A DNA stretch of 64,000 nucleotides from Octopus vulgaris (GCA_951406725.2 OX597838.1:7936001-8000000), one strand, 5' to 3'. Shown: positions 28,431 to 43,389, numbered from the stretch's first letter. Program-made: numbers and translations. The notes: generated by a model not told the origin, from the sequence alone.

Positions 28431-29290
28431 CATATAGAGAGTTATATATATATATATGTGTGTGTGTCTGTGTAGAGAAAAAGAAAGAGAGATTGGGGGA
28501 TAGACAGACAGATGGAGAGAGACAGAGAGAGAAAGAGACAGAGTGAGACGGAGGGAAAGAGGTCGAGAGAAACGAATGTGGTCATATATATATCCGTCTG
28601 CATATGTAATTGCAGATGTGTAGGTGTGTGAGTGAACATGTGTGTGCGTCTGTATGTGCCTGTGTGTGTGCGTTGGCACATGTGTAAGTGGGTTGTGTAT
28701 CTGAGAGTGTACAGGTATTACAATGCCCAACACCCCCCACCCCCCAATCCACCAACCCATCCACCCAGCGGCACACATAAGGTTCCTCCTATACAAGAAT
28801 GAATGAATTCTTGAATGTTAAATAATTATATAGTCATCAGCCCCCCCCCCCGCCATGATAGTTTATCGGGGGAAGCCTCGCTTCCACCTTGCTACGTCTG
28901 CTTTTCAATAACCAAGAAACGAATAAATGAGGTGAATATAATAGACTAAAACTAAATGTCCTCAGAAAGGGAGGGAGGGAGGAGGGTGTAAGTAAGAGGA
29001 GGAAAAAGAGAGCGAGAGAGAGAGAGAGTGTGTGTGTGTCAATGGGAAAGAGAAAAAGAGAGAACTGGTGGAAGGGGTGGGTAGGCGGGTCAGACGATAT
29101 CGTTACGGACGGATATCGTGGTCGTCTTAATTGTCTTAATCTTTGAAGAATGGTGGACACATCTAAGAAATCGCTAAACGTGCTTTAAACTGGCTACTCG
29201 GCAGGAGTTTAATGATACCGTTTGGACGGTTGGTATTGAACCTCTTTTCTAAAGCTGCTGCTGTTGGTGAAGGTGCCGGTGCTGCTAATG

Positions 29291-29402
29291 ATTCTTCTTC
29301 TTCTTCTTCTTCTTCTTCTTCTTCTTCTTCTTCTTCTTCTTCTTCTTCTTCTTCTTCTTCTTCTTCTTCTTCTTCTTCTTCTTCTTTATTCTTCTTCTTC
29401 TT

Positions 29403-29433
<31 letters not shown>

Positions 29434-29826
29434 GTCTTCTTCTTCTTCTTCTTCTTCTTCTTCTTCTCTTTCTTCTTCTTAGTCTTCTTCTTCTTCTTCT
29501 TCGTCTTCTTCGTCTTCTTCTTCTTCTTCGTCTTCTTCTTCTTCTTCGTCTTCTTCTTCTTCTTCATCATCTTCTTCTTCTTCTCCTTCTTCTTCTTCTT
29601 CTTCTTCTCCTTCTTCTTCTCATCCTCCTTCTTCTTCTACTTCTTCTCCTCCTTCTTCTTCTTCTTCTACTTCTTCTTCTTCTTCTTCTCCTCCTCCTTC
29701 TTCTTCTTCTTCTCCTTCTTCTTCTTCTTCTTCGTCTTCTTCTTCGTCTTCGTCTTCTTCTTCTTCTTCTTCTCCTCCTCTCCTCCTCCTCCTCCTCCTC
29801 CTCCTTCTTCTTCTTCTTCTTCTTCT
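29291..29826. repeat. (TTC)n polypyrimidine tract
   Basis: Direct reading. Confidence 0.95.
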
Positions 29827-29967
29827 ACGCGTTTTCTTGCTTTTTTTTCCTTCTGCTTCTCTTTCTCCTTATTCGTCTAATTCTTCTTTTCCTTCGCCTC
29901 TTTCCTTTCTCATCTTCATCATCTTCTCTGTCTCCCTATAATTATTATTGTTGTTGTTACTGTAATT

Positions 29968-29999
<32 letters not shown>

Positions 30000-30089
30000 A
30001 ATCATCATCATCATCAACATCATCATCATCAACATCATCATCATCAACATCATCATCATCAACATAATCATCATCATTATCCTCATCGT

Positions 30090-30475
30090 CATTAACACGC
30101 CTGACAAAATGCTTATCAGCGCTTCTCCCGACTTTACGTTTTGAGTTCAAATACCACCGGAGACATCTTTGCCTTTCTTTCTTCCACGGTCGATGAAAGA
30201 CGTACCAGTTGAACACAGGTGTTCGCGGTAATCGATCCATCACTACCCAGAAATTGCTGGCCATGAGCCAAAATGTCAATACCAAAATTATTATTATTAA
30301 AGGCGACGAGCTGCCAAAATCGTTCACACATCGAACAAAATGCGTATCTCCACTTCGTCCGTCTTTACGCTTTGAAATCGAGTTCCACCGAGGTCGACTT
30401 TGCCTTTCAACTTTTCGAAGTCAATAAAATAAGTACCAGTTAAAAACTGGGGTAGATAAAATCGATTACTCTCCC
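30090..30475 (+). mobile_element. Two tandem diverged Meta-SINE family C copies
   Basis: gagttcaaatacc...tttgcctttc at 30143 and ggcgacgagctg...ggtcgactttgcctttca...ataagtaccag at 30302. Confidence 0.7.
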
Positions 30476-30619
30476 TACCACCACCACCGACCTTCAGAAA
30501 ATTAATTTGTTAAATTAAAAATTATTTGAAAGTCGAATCTCTTCAGAGGTATTTTAAAATATACAAAATAGGTGTTCAATTCCTGCATGTTGACTAAACG
30601 ACTGCAAACCGTGCACGGT

Positions 30620-30650
30620 TAACGGTTTCGGAAACCGAAAGAAGCCCGCC

Positions 30651-30728
<78 letters not shown>

Positions 30729-30958
30729 AAATATATGTATGTATGTATATGTTTGTTTATCTGTGTTTGTACCATCATCATCACTTGGCAACCGATGTTG
30801 ATGCTTTTACGTACCCGTAACTTAGCGGTTCGGTAACGAAGACCGATACAGTAAGTGCTAGGCTTACAAAGAATAAGGCCTGAGGTATATTCCGTAGACT
30901 AAAGGCGGTGCTCCGGAATGGCTGAAGTCAAATGACTGAAATAATTAAAAGAATAAAA
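30620..30958 (+). mobile_element. SINE family A, 5'-truncated
   Basis: cggaaaccgaaagaagcccg, (TA)n, then aaaggcggtgctccgg...gtcaaatgactgaaa. Confidence 0.8.
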
Positions 30959-31569
30959 ACATGTGTGTGCGTGTGTGTGTGTGCGGTTAAAAAAGTGCGA
31001 GTGCTTATCGTTAAAAAAAGCGATAATGAACATCCCCAGATATAACAAAACCTGTTTCAAGACACGATTTCACATCAAGAATCTTGCAAGACATATAGAT
31101 AAACGCAGTTCTTCTTTTCGTTTCATATCAATTGACTCAGACGTTTTCTTTCCCCTCTCACCTCGCCCGCCAACTCTTAACCCCCACCTTGCCCTCATCC
31201 ACTTCCTCCTCCTCCTTCTTTCCAATCACCACCAGCACCATCATCATCATCATCAGCTTTATGTAATATCCCCTTTTCTTCTTTCCTCTCCATTACTACA
31301 CATTCTGACCTCCACCACACAGTCACGCCAATACTGGAAACATTTTGGTCAGTCTTTCGAACCATTGTTGCCGTTATAATTGTACGAAACCATATATTCA
31401 AATCTCTGTGATTACACGCCATTGTCTGCGAAATAGGAATAAACTTCTCATAAGAATAAAATCATTCCTCCTCTTCTTCTTCTCTCTTCTTCTTCTTCTT
31501 CTTCTTCTTCTTCTTCTTCTTCTTCTTCTTCTTCTTCTTCTTCTTCTTCTTCTTCTTCTTCTTCTTCTT

Positions 31570-31625
<56 letters not shown>

Positions 31626-31938
31626 TATTATTATTATTATTATTGTTGTTATTATTATTATTATTATTACTATTATTATTATTATCATTATTACTATTAT
31701 TATTATTATCATTATTATAATTACTATAATTATTATTATTATCATTATTATTATTATTATTATTATTACTATTATTATTACTATTATTATTATCATCATC
31801 ATCATCATCATCATTATTATTATTATTATTGTTGTTGTTGTTATTATTATTATTATTCCTTCCTAACACAATGTGAATAAAAATACACTGGAGTCTTTAG
31901 TCATCTGTCAAGTCACAACAAGGACCTGAGCCAGATGA

Positions 31939-32097
31939 TATTGGGTTGTCCGGAAAATCCGTGCCGAGTTTTAAAGGAAAGAAAAAGGTCAATAAATACT
32001 TGCCATTACATTTTTAATCAACCAAATAGGAACCATTTTGTTGCACAATGCGTCTCCATCTTTCCTTTCACTTGAAAATACCCTCTTCCCCAAAATC
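31939..32097 (-). mobile_element. mariner 3' end with TIR (same family as 9766)
   Basis: TIR ttgggttgtccggaaaatccgtgccg; transposase C-terminus EGIF...ERWRRIVQQNG. Confidence 0.8.
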
Positions 32098-32716
32098 AGT
32101 TTTGCAGTTCATCTTTTTCGAGGTCGATAAAATAAGTACCGGACGAGCTCTGGAGTTGACATAATCGACTTACCCCCCCGCCCTCCCTACCCCGCCCCGC
32201 CCACACCGAACTTGCTGACCTCGGGGCCGAAATTTGAAACCATTATAAAACGCAGGAATATGGTCTTGTTAAGAGAATTCCTCTATTTAGTTTTGCAAAT
32301 TGTTTGGGGTTGCTTACAGAGTTTCGCATAACCCCTACTGGGTTTGTTTTGTTTTTCTCATCACTAAGGGGCCCCTCCTTTCAGCAAGAAAAAAAAAACA
32401 GGGAAAACAAGCTGAACCATCGGGCATCGATCAAGCAACAATACCACTACATCCAGCACCACCACCAACACCAACACCACCACCGCCACCGCCGCCGCTA
32501 CCACCATTGCATTCACCAGAATATTCCTCGTTTTACCGTAACTCCGAACAAACTCTCCACCACGACTACGATCATCATAATCATCATCATCATCATCGTC
32601 ATCGTCATCAAACTCACTGTCATCACTACGAACAACATTACAACAACCACCACCACATCCACTACCACAACCATCACCACCACCAACACCAACAACAACA
32701 ACACCAACACCACCGC

Positions 32717-33180
32717 CTACTGCCATTATCATCACAGCATATACCACCACAAACTACATCACAATCACAGCCACCACCGCAGCCACCACAACCACCACCA
32801 CCACTGGCACAACTACCACCGCCACGTTTCACCATCACCACCACCACTACCACCACCACCACCACAACCACAACCACAACCACCACCACGTCCACTACTG
32901 CCATTATCATTACAGCATATACCACCACAAACTACAACATCACAATCACAGCCACCACAGCCACCACCACAACCACCACAACCACCACAACCACCACCAC
33001 CACTGCTACAGTCACCACCGCCACGATTACATTCACCACCACCACTACCACCACCACCACCGCAACCACAACCACCACCACCACCACCTCCACTACTGCC
33101 ATTATCATCATAGCATATACCACCACAAACTACAACATCACAATCACAGCCACCACCGCAGCCACCACCACCACCACCGC
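32717..33180. repeat. Three tandem 180-200-bp CAC/CAA-rich units
   Basis: ctactgccattatcat.a.agcatataccaccacaaactaca recurs at about 32717, 32895 and 33093. Confidence 0.8.
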
Positions 33181-33574
33181 TGGCGCTGACCAAACTAGGA
33201 AATATTAGAAAATCTAATTGTCGGTCGTCTGGTCAGTGTAAAAGAGGACGTCTGATTTGTATCCAGTGCGGAGAAGTGAACTGACCAAACGGCACAGCAC
33301 CCCACCACCCGCCTCACCACCACCACCACCACCACCACCATTTACCTACTTGCCCTCATCACTGACCACCGTCTAATAGGGACCAACGCCAACACCACCA
33401 CCACCAACAACATCAGCTTCAACACTAACGACACCAAACCTTGATCTACCACCACCACCACCACCGCCGCCACTACCACCTCCGTTACTTTAACATCATA
33501 AACCTCACTCTCTGCTATCACCATTATCTAACGGCAGCAGCAGTAGCAGCAGCAGTAGCAGCAGCAGCAGCAAC

Positions 33575-33627
<53 letters not shown>

Positions 33628-34090
33628 TAGTAGTAGTAGTAACCAAACCATCTCCAACACCATCACTACCAACAACAACAACAAAACAAACGCCACCACT
33701 TTCACCACCACCACCACCATCATCATCGCCACCAGCAGCACCAATACTATCGCTATCAACCTCACCACCATCACCACACTCATACTACTACATGAGCAAC
33801 AGCAATTACTGTACAACCACTACCAGCACCCCTACCTCCACAGTACCACAGTAATCACCTCCAACTCTACTTTCAACCACAGTACCACTACAAAACAACC
33901 AGTACCGCCATACTATAATAATACCCGTCATTAGTACAGCAGCCATACTACAACAGCAACCACAACAACCAGCAATAAAGACGCCCCAGCTATACTATGA
34001 AAATTCAACTACAACTTCTGCTATAAAGTGATGGGATCCTTTAAAGGCGGTGCTCCAGCATGGCCACAGTCAAATTACTAAAACAAGTAA

Positions 34091-34340
34091 AAGAGTGTGT
34101 TATCAACTTAACGTGACCATCCCATAAAAGGAAAGGATGCTACTGTTATTTAGCCACAGGAAACACCGTTTCCTGTTGGACTTGACGCATTTGCTGTGTC
34201 CTTATGTTTTCAAAGTGGAGACAAGCACCTCCACCCAGCAAAACCAGTAAGTCCAACAAGAAACGGTGTTTCCTAGGGCTAAATAACAGTAGCATCCTTC
34301 CCTTTTATGGGACTGTCTCATTAAGTTGACGACATTCTTT
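34091..34340. repeat. Fold-back (MITE-like) element with ~90-bp arms
   Basis: cccataaaaggaaaggatgctactgttatttagcc.caggaaacaccgtttc.tgttggactt pairs with its reverse complement at 34248-34340. Confidence 0.85.
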
Positions 34341-34416
34341 CACTCTATCGTGCTGCTACTGCATAAATCTCTCTGAGAGATTTAAAAATGTATTATTTCT
34401 AACTTCTGCTATGTAA

Positions 34417-34482
<66 letters not shown>

Positions 34483-34673
34483 GGATACAAACGGACATGC
34501 ATACATACATACATACATACATACATACATACATACATACATACATACATACATACATTCATACATACCCCTTTGAACACGGGGTGGGATAGGAGGGTTA
34601 AATAATAATAATAAAAATAATAGTGGGATACGCCAATAAGTTTTAATCAGAGAACGGGTTTCTTATATATATA

Positions 34674-35056
34674 CTAGCAGTATCGCCCGGCGTTGCTCAG
34701 GTTTGTAAGGGAAATAACTATAAAGCATTTTTAGAGAGTTATAGCCAAAAAATAGGAAAAAAATGGAAAAAAATGATGGTAAATTTTTTTTGAGAGTAAA
34801 AAAAGGTGGAGTTGCGTCCCCTAGACAGTTTGCGGTTTGTGTTTCTGATTCTCGATCCCATGTCAAATTTATCGATTTTTTCAGAACTGGGGGAACTTTT
34901 CAAAATTTTCGCTGCGTTAGTTTTGAATTATGACATTGGGCTATGTGTGTGTCAAGTTTCATCAGAATCGGTTGAAAGCCGTGGTCAGGGTGAGGGTACA
35001 AGCAAACAGACACACAGAAACACGCACAGACAAACTGCCGTTTATATAGAGAGAGA
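34674..35056 (-). mobile_element. Non-autonomous Helitron
   Basis: Minus strand begins TC(tctc)tatataaa and ends gcaacgccgggcgatactgCTAG; inserted at an A|T site with no TSD. Confidence 0.8.
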
Positions 35057-36500
35057 TATATCAAGTAAAATCAAAAACAGAACACAAAGGATGTCGCGGT
35101 ACACGTGTTTCAAGCTTTATAAACGACCTGTTCTTACATCAGTCTATAATAGATATAAAAGATGGTTTAAAGCTCTCTTCAGCCGCATGCATTGTTATTC
35201 CAAAGAGTTACATCACACTATAAAAAATATGAAAAGTACATGTAGTATTACCCATAGTGTGATGTAACTCTTTTATTCTGGAGCATAGTCATCATCTACT
35301 TCAATTTCTGCTTGGCGTTTTGTTTTTTTAAATTGGCATTTTGTTCAAATTTTTTGTTGAATAAAATTTATAGAAAAACAAACGCAAGAATTATGCACCA
35401 ACCTAATATATATATTTATATGCTTGTATGTATGTATGTATGTATGTATGTATGTATGTATGGATGGATGGATGGATGGATGGATGGATGGATGGATGGA
35501 TGTATAAATACATACATACATACATATGTATGTGTTCGTTTGAATATGTATACGTATGCGTATACAAGTATTGATATAAGTATGTATGTATGTATGTATG
35601 TATGTATAACACCACATGATGCATATTCGTTCGTGTAATCCCACATACCGGAAAACAATATATTACAAACGCTAGGAATTCTATATACACTCAATCCGAT
35701 TAAAATCCATTCCGGTAGCTTTGACCTAGGGCTAAACAGAACGCTGGCTCCTAATAACGCACAATCGCACAATTGATATAAGTACTATATTTCATTACAC
35801 GATAATTTTTCTGTCCAATATTAGCGTAACATGCTTGGCATTATTATCACATGTTTCGTAGCTTGTAGGGCAAAACAATTTCTATGCCTCTACGTTATTA
35901 GTTTGTTTCAATAGCTATTATTCTTAAGCGGCATCTTCATTTGAACGGAGTTGGAGACCGTGGGCTATATTTCACATTTGAAGAAATAATTAAATACGGA
36001 AGAACTTCATTAAAATTATATAGGTAGCTATTTGTGAAACTCAGTTATGCCCTTTAGATGGAGGGGGAAAGAAAATAAAACAATGACATTGCTCAGTGTG
36101 TGTGTGTGTGTTTGTGTGTGTGTCTGTGTGTGTGTCTGTGCGCGCGTGTGTGTCTGTGTGTGTGTGTGTGTGTGTGTGTTGGAGCTGAATTACAGATGGG
36201 GAATAAATAAATAGATAAATGAGTTATAATTTATGTGTGGCGTTCGCCGTAGAAGATACAGGCATGGAGGTCTTTATTGAAAGTAGGTATTTATTTTCAG
36301 GGAGTTTTACGTATGTATATTTTATCAACACATGCACATATATATACAAGCATATGTGTGTGTGTATCTGTTATGTATGTATGCATCTATATATGTGCAT
36401 GAATGTATATGAAAATGTGTGCGTATATATACATATATATGCATATATATATATGTGTATATATATAAAACTTAGAAACTTATGTATGGGTTGATGCTTT

Positions 36501-36534
<34 letters not shown>

Positions 36535-36614
36535 CATATTTATATATACATATTTATATATACATACATATATATATGTGAGTGTGTGTGTGTGTATACA
36601 TGTATGTATGTATG

Positions 36615-36645
<31 letters not shown>

Positions 36646-36714
36646 CTATAAAGAAAGAGACAAGAAGGTGGATATCTGTGAATAATGGCTTCAGATAGAA
36701 TTCACGCGAACATA

Positions 36715-36899
36715 TCGGTGCTGGCAGAATTGTTAGCACGCCGGGCAGAATGTTTAGCGACATTTCGTCGATCTTTACTTTCTGAGTTCAAATTCTGCCG
36801 TGGTCGCTTTGCATTTCAATCTTCCGGGGTTGATTAAATTAAGCACCAGCTAAGTACTGGAATCGTGATAGACTTACCAACCTCCCCACGAATTTCAGG

Positions 36900-36900
<1 letters not shown>
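36715..36900 (+). mobile_element. Meta-SINE family C
   Basis: gctggcagaattgttagcacgccggg...gagttcaaattc. Confidence 0.8.
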
Positions 36901-36979
<79 letters not shown>

Positions 36980-36980
<1 letters not shown>

Positions 36981-37153
36981 ATTTCTTTACTACCCACAAG
37001 GGGCTAAACACAGAGAGGACAAGCAAGGACAGACAAAAGAATTAAGTCGATTATATTGACCCCAGTGCGTAACTGGTACTTATTTAATCGACCCCGAAGG
37101 GATGAAAGGCAAAGTCGACCTCGGCGGAATTTGAACTCAGAACGTAGCGGCAG
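36980..37153 (-). mobile_element. Meta-SINE family C (partial)
   Basis: Reverse complement of about 12820-12993. Confidence 0.85.
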
Positions 37154-37280
37154 ATGTATGTGTGCGTGTGTGATTGTACGCTTGTACGTTTCTCTCTCTA
37201 TCTCTCTCTCTGACTTACTTTCCGGCCTCTCTTATATATGTAAAGACTAAAGAGAGGCATGAAGTCATAGATATACATAC

Positions 37281-37330
<50 letters not shown>

Positions 37331-37348
37331 CATACATACATACATACA

Positions 37349-37379
<31 letters not shown>

Positions 37380-38821
37380 GTATGTGTGCGTATGTGTGTA
37401 TATATGGATATCTTCTTCACAGATCAGTTATCATGAAAGAGATCCCTTCTGTTCATCCACTGCGTCCATCACCAGTAACGCAGCTCCTCCTACACGTGCC
37501 CAGAGGTGGCAACCCTTTGCTAGTCTGACCCTGTTCCCCTCTAGCCTTCTTCCCTCCATACAATCCCCCCAAGGTAGGGCATTCGTGAACTTCTTCTTTT
37601 AATGAACTTCTTCAGACTATTCAACGATGGCCTTTAACCAACGGCAAGGGGAACATTTGTAACATTTAGGGTTACAAGGTGAGAGCGAATGGCTACGAGT
37701 AATGGGGTGGTGGTGGTGGTGGTGGTGATAATGATGGTGGTGGCGGTGATGATGGAGTGGTAATGGTGGTGGTGGTGGTGGTGGTGGTGGGAGCGATGGC
37801 ATCGTTATAGTCGCGGCAACGTACATACGTAGGTGTGTCACAATGGTGGCTGTGATTGAGTAGCGGGAAGAGATGAAGCAAGAGGGAAGTATTTGTAAGC
37901 GGCGAGGTAGGAGTAAAAGGCAAGGTGAAGGTAGGAGAAACAGGGACGACGGGGGAAGGCAGTAGGGGTTGGGAGTAGATACAGGTGAAGAGGCTGTACG
38001 AAAGAGGAAGACATTTGACCCTAATCTTGTTTCGAGAAGTCAGGGAAGAACCGCCATGGCCGACCTCCACCTTGTCTTTCTCCTTTCCGCTTCCGCTTCT
38101 CCCTCTTCCCTCTCCCCACACTTTCTTTCTCCCTCTCTCTACCATCTCAATTTATGTCGCTCTCCCTCTCCTTTCTCTCTACCCTTTTATCTCTCTCTTT
38201 TTCTCTTCCCCTCGCCCTCTATCTCTCCCTTTCTCTTCCCCTCTCTCCCCTCCCTCTCCCTCCTTTCTTTCATGTCTTCTGTCTCCCACTCTTTCCTTTC
38301 TCTCAACTCCTCGCTCTTTCTCTCTTCCCCTCTCCCTCTATCTCGTCCTTCCTCTTCCTCTCTCTCTCTCTCCCTTTCTCTCACTTCTCTCTCCCATTCT
38401 TTCAGTCTCTCTCCGTTTTCCCCTTTCTCTGTCGCCCCTTCTCTCTCCCTCTTTCTCCCACTCTCTTTCCCTCTCCCTCACTCCTCTCTCCTTTTCACCT
38501 TCCCTCTCATTCTCTCTCCCTCTCTCAACCCTTGTCTCTCTCCCTCTAGCTTTCCCCCCTCTTCTCTCCTCCTCTCTCTATAATAATATATTCTACAGCT
38601 GTTTATTATCTTCCCGTAACTAAGGCGACCGTGTCTGACGGTGGAGTTGGAAGTGGCGTTGGGGCGGGTGGAGAATGGCAGTGTTGGCGGTGGGGGTGCG
38701 GTACTATTGCATGAGAATGATATATGTGGGGGGGGGGGGGGTTAGTAGCAGTGGAAGAGACGCTGGCAGTGGTATTAAAACTAACAGTGGTAGTGGAGAA
38801 GTGGTACAACACAAGCACAAA

Positions 38822-38856
<35 letters not shown>

Positions 38857-39134
38857 TGCACGTATATACATATTCTTCAAGGTAATTGGATTTAAATCTT
38901 AGGAGCGATTCTGTCCCCTAACAAAGTAAGTTCACCGCAGACACACTGATGAGAAAGTTCCCTGTTTCGTCCCACTGCGACGTACTTTCGGCAATTGGCA
39001 TCAAAGATAACCTCGGCCAGATCGATCCCTTATCAGTGAAATTAGTGGAGGGAGACTGTGAGGAAGCCCATTGCATATATGTATTCTTTCCTGAGTGCAG
39101 AAAAACCCTCTTTTCTCCACATATACACACATAT

Positions 39135-39455
39135 ATTCTTTACTACCCCAGTGCGTAACTGGTACGCACCTCAGTGGAATTTGAATTCAGAACGTAGCGG
39201 CAAACGAAATACCTATTTCTTTACTTTCTTTACTACCCACAAGGGGCTAAACACAGAGAGGACAAACAAGGACAGACAAACGAATTAAGTCGATTATATC
39301 GACCCCAGTGCGTAACTGGTACTTATTTAATCGACCCCGAAAGGATGAAAGGCAAAGTCGACCTCAGCGGAATTTGAACTCAGAACGTAGAGACAGACGA
39401 AATACCGCTAGGCATTCCGCCCGGCGTGCTAACGTTTCTGCCAGCTCGCCGCCTT
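39135..39455 (-). mobile_element. Meta-SINE family C, dimeric
   Basis: Head ggcggcgagctggcagaaacgttagc at about 39453. Confidence 0.85.
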
Positions 39456-40925
39456 CATATACACACACATATATATATATTCTTTTATTTTTTCATTCCT
39501 TTATTCCTTTCGGTCATATGACTGTGGCCATGCTGGGGCACAGTCTTGCAGGGTTTTTAATCAAGCAAATCGACCCCAGGGTTTATTTTTAAAACCTGGT
39601 ACTTATTCTATCGGTCCCTATTGACTTTATTATGCATGCTAGCCAACGCTATGAATATTTTTATAAATTCTCTACCCTTATATTTTCACAGGAAAATCTT
39701 CGTGGTTTCGAAGCCTTTCTGGTACGCAGTTTTAATATTTTAATAGTATTTGCTGCCGAATGTATCTGCGCTTGCGCGGTGGATTTGAAAATTATAATGA
39801 ATAAGTATGTAGCACGTGCATTTACGGTGCTATTTGCTGCATAAATATGCATTCATTTTAGCGCCCTCACTGAAGAAGTACGGAGGACAAATTAATATAT
39901 TTTGCACATTGATACAGAAATTCGAGTCTCTGGGTAACTACAAAAATATTTTTTTTATTGAACTGTTTAATTAATAACTTGTAACGATTGGGTTAAACAT
40001 CTCACTGAACCCGCATCTCCTTCGTGTTTTTCCATCCAAAGAGGTTTTTAACCCAATACTTAGATGCTATTATTTACAACTTTATATGCTTCGAGTTAAA
40101 CTGTTCCGAAACGTTATACATACATATACACAACGCGCTTCCACACAGTTTCCGTCAACTACACTGACTCATAAGGCATTAATCGTCTGACAGCTATAAT
40201 AGATATACCCAATACCCAATGATCAGCACAGTGGGATTTGAACCTGAAAACTCGTGGCTAGTAAACAAACTTCTTTATTACACAGCCATTATTTAAGCTG
40301 TATAAATTTTTTCACATATTAGAAATGTCTGTTTCTTCAGGTAAATATTTCCCATAATACACCGTGCGCTAAAATCTGGAAGAGGGGGCGACTGACTTTC
40401 GCCCCTACAACATACGAAATGCTTGCAATCCGAACGATTTACATTCAATCTGCTTCTATTCCAAATACAAGCACAAAGCAAGCAAACTATAAATTTCAAT
40501 CGGTTTTGTGAATTCCTTTAATTATTCTGTTTGCTAATGGGATTTAGCTATTTGTTTTAGTTTATCAATTAACAACGTCCACTAGGCCAGAGTTACTTTT
40601 CGTTTGTTTGTTTTTTGTTTGTTTTTTGTTGTTGTTTTTTTTGTAGCATGGTTTTGATGTAATTAATGAACAAGCGGCAATTAATTATGCTTTTCTGCGT
40701 TACATGATTGATTGATTGATTGATTCTAGTTTCAGCTCACGAGCAGTGGCCATGCTGGGGCACCGCCATTTGGTGTTGCTACATGTTCAATTCAGAAAAT
40801 TATGAGCATTATTTTTCAGTCTCTTTATTTCACTGAGAACATAACACGTAAAGTTATACATCCGTTGAATAAATAACAACAGTTGAGAATTGAGAAATAA
40901 AAGAACATTTAGATAATGTAAAATA

Positions 40926-41115
40926 TATTTACATTTGACGGATATTTGTCCTAATCTTGTTTGTTGTTAACACAACAGTTCAGCTGATATACCCGCCAGC
41001 CTTCATCAGGTATCTTGGGGAAATTTCGAACCTGATGAAGGCTGGTGGGTATATCAGCCGAAACGTTGTGTTAAAAACAAACAAGATGGGAGCAAATATC
41101 CGTCAAATGTAAATA
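40926..41115. mobile_element. Fold-back element with ~85-bp arms, each containing a hammerhead motif (Penelope pLTR-like)
   Basis: 40926-41010 pairs with 41031-41115 around a 20-nt spacer. Confidence 0.8.
41028..41072 (+). ncRNA. Minimal type-I hammerhead ribozyme motif
   Basis: CTGATGA-a-GGCTG-gtgggtatat-CAGCC-GAAA-CGTT-gtgt: intact core, 5-bp stem II and palindromic AACGTT helix III; stem I only 2 bp in this copy. Confidence 0.7.
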
Positions 41116-42495
41116 ATGTAAATAATGTACATAATTCCTCATCTCTTAAATATAGAACTGAATGTAAAATATATCCTGTAAGGTAGCACAAAATAACATA
41201 TCATAATTAGTAATGGCTAAATCAGGGAAGCAAGAATAGGTGAGAGAGTGGAGACACTAATAGAATAAAAACGGGGTCCAAATAGCATGATCTGCAGAAA
41301 ACTAGGATAGCTTTGCCCAAGGTCACCCTTGTAGGATCTCGGGTAAATCAATGCATTGAGCCCTATAGTATTTAGCCAAACATTGATAAAATGCTAGCCC
41401 CTGGGCTGGTAAGGCTTCCGGGCAACGGTCCAATGCCTCCATACCTTCAGACGGCACTGGCTCTGCCTAAAGTTGAATTTGCTCCGATTTTTATAACTGT
41501 CGATTCAAAAGTTCTAGAATCTTCTATAGACAAGGTGGCAGGAAGATTTTAACTCAGTTATCGATCTAACTGGCTGAGCTACCGTGATGTAAGCTTAATA
41601 TCTTTTACTGCAGTCGTGCTCCTAAATAGGAAATCTGAATGCGATTGTTCAAAATAAAAATCATCTCACTACAATTTCTTTATATGGTAAAACCAAAACC
41701 GTCTTAGCAATTAAAAAAAAACACGCTCGTGCGAGGAATTGATAGTAACAGCTTAACTATATCACGTACGAAAATAACATGGTTGCTGTCAGAATTTTGA
41801 AAAATTACCATTTCCAAAGTAAGCTGGATAACTTTGCAGGTGACACAAAAAAGGCTTTTATTTGATTATTGATTAGTAATTAAATCAGATGGAACTAAAA
41901 TAATGATTTTCGGACTTTTCCATTGTTTATCGTAGAATTTTGGTCAAAACTGATTTTATGAGAGAGTGAAGTTAATACGAACAATGCTCTTTCGTTTTGA
42001 GCCGTCTGCTTTCAAGAATTCTCAGTTTTATTTGAGTGTTGGCCATAGTTTACAATCACAATTGCGTGCAGCGTTGTAAGTCATAGAATTCTTTCCAAAT
42101 ATAGAACAAGGTCAGTAATTCTAACGGAAGTGGAACTCGATTACACTGACCTTGGCCGGTAACTATTTCGAACCTGAAAGGATGGCAGATAAATTTGAAC
42201 TCAGAAGGCGAAAAGACGGATGAAATGCATCTAAGCAATTTTGTCCGGCATGGTAACGAATTTGCCACTTCACCGCGTTTTGTGGTCATATAATTCAACG
42301 CTAGACACAAAGAGAAGCGTTTACCTTCATTTATGTCTTTGAAACACATCTCTGCCAATTCCTGTAGCCCCAGAATAAAATAAACTTAGTAGGGACTAAG
42401 TAAAGCCAAGAGAAAGGCAAATCTATCGCAGTCCAATGAATACTACGTAGGCCAAAATTATCTATATATATAAAATTCCTCCGTCTTTTTAACAC

Positions 42496-42999
<504 letters not shown>

Positions 43000-43389
43000 G
43001 AACACCTATATTTAAGTGCAATTGATGTAAACGTTTCTCATTGATTTCTACACTGTATGGACTCAACCCGAAAACCAAAGCCACTAAAACAACGACAGCA
43101 AATGCGCTCACTAACTTATTCTGTTATAAGTGGAGCTATATTACTCTACTCTACATCACTGCATCGAGTACTATAGACACATTGATGTTTCTTTTCTTTT
43201 CTTTTTTTTTTTGTATTATTTACGAAGACTGATACGGTACTTGTAATTCTAAGATCTGTGTTAAAAAGAAGGAGGCATTTTAATCAATACCTGTATTTGG
43301 AATTAATTTAATTTCTAAAGTGATAACTCACTCCGTCGATTCCCTAAGTTTTTCAGCATTTCACTGTATGCCACATCTAGGATACAAAC

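Noticed and set aside
32300-33208. 302-aa His/Pro/Thr-rich ORF
   Set aside because: Non-ATG start, and it is open in several frames on both strands because CAC/CAA repeats lack stop codons.
37430-37600. Possible RTE ORF C-terminal remnant on the minus strand
   Set aside because: Similarity is too weak to call by eye.
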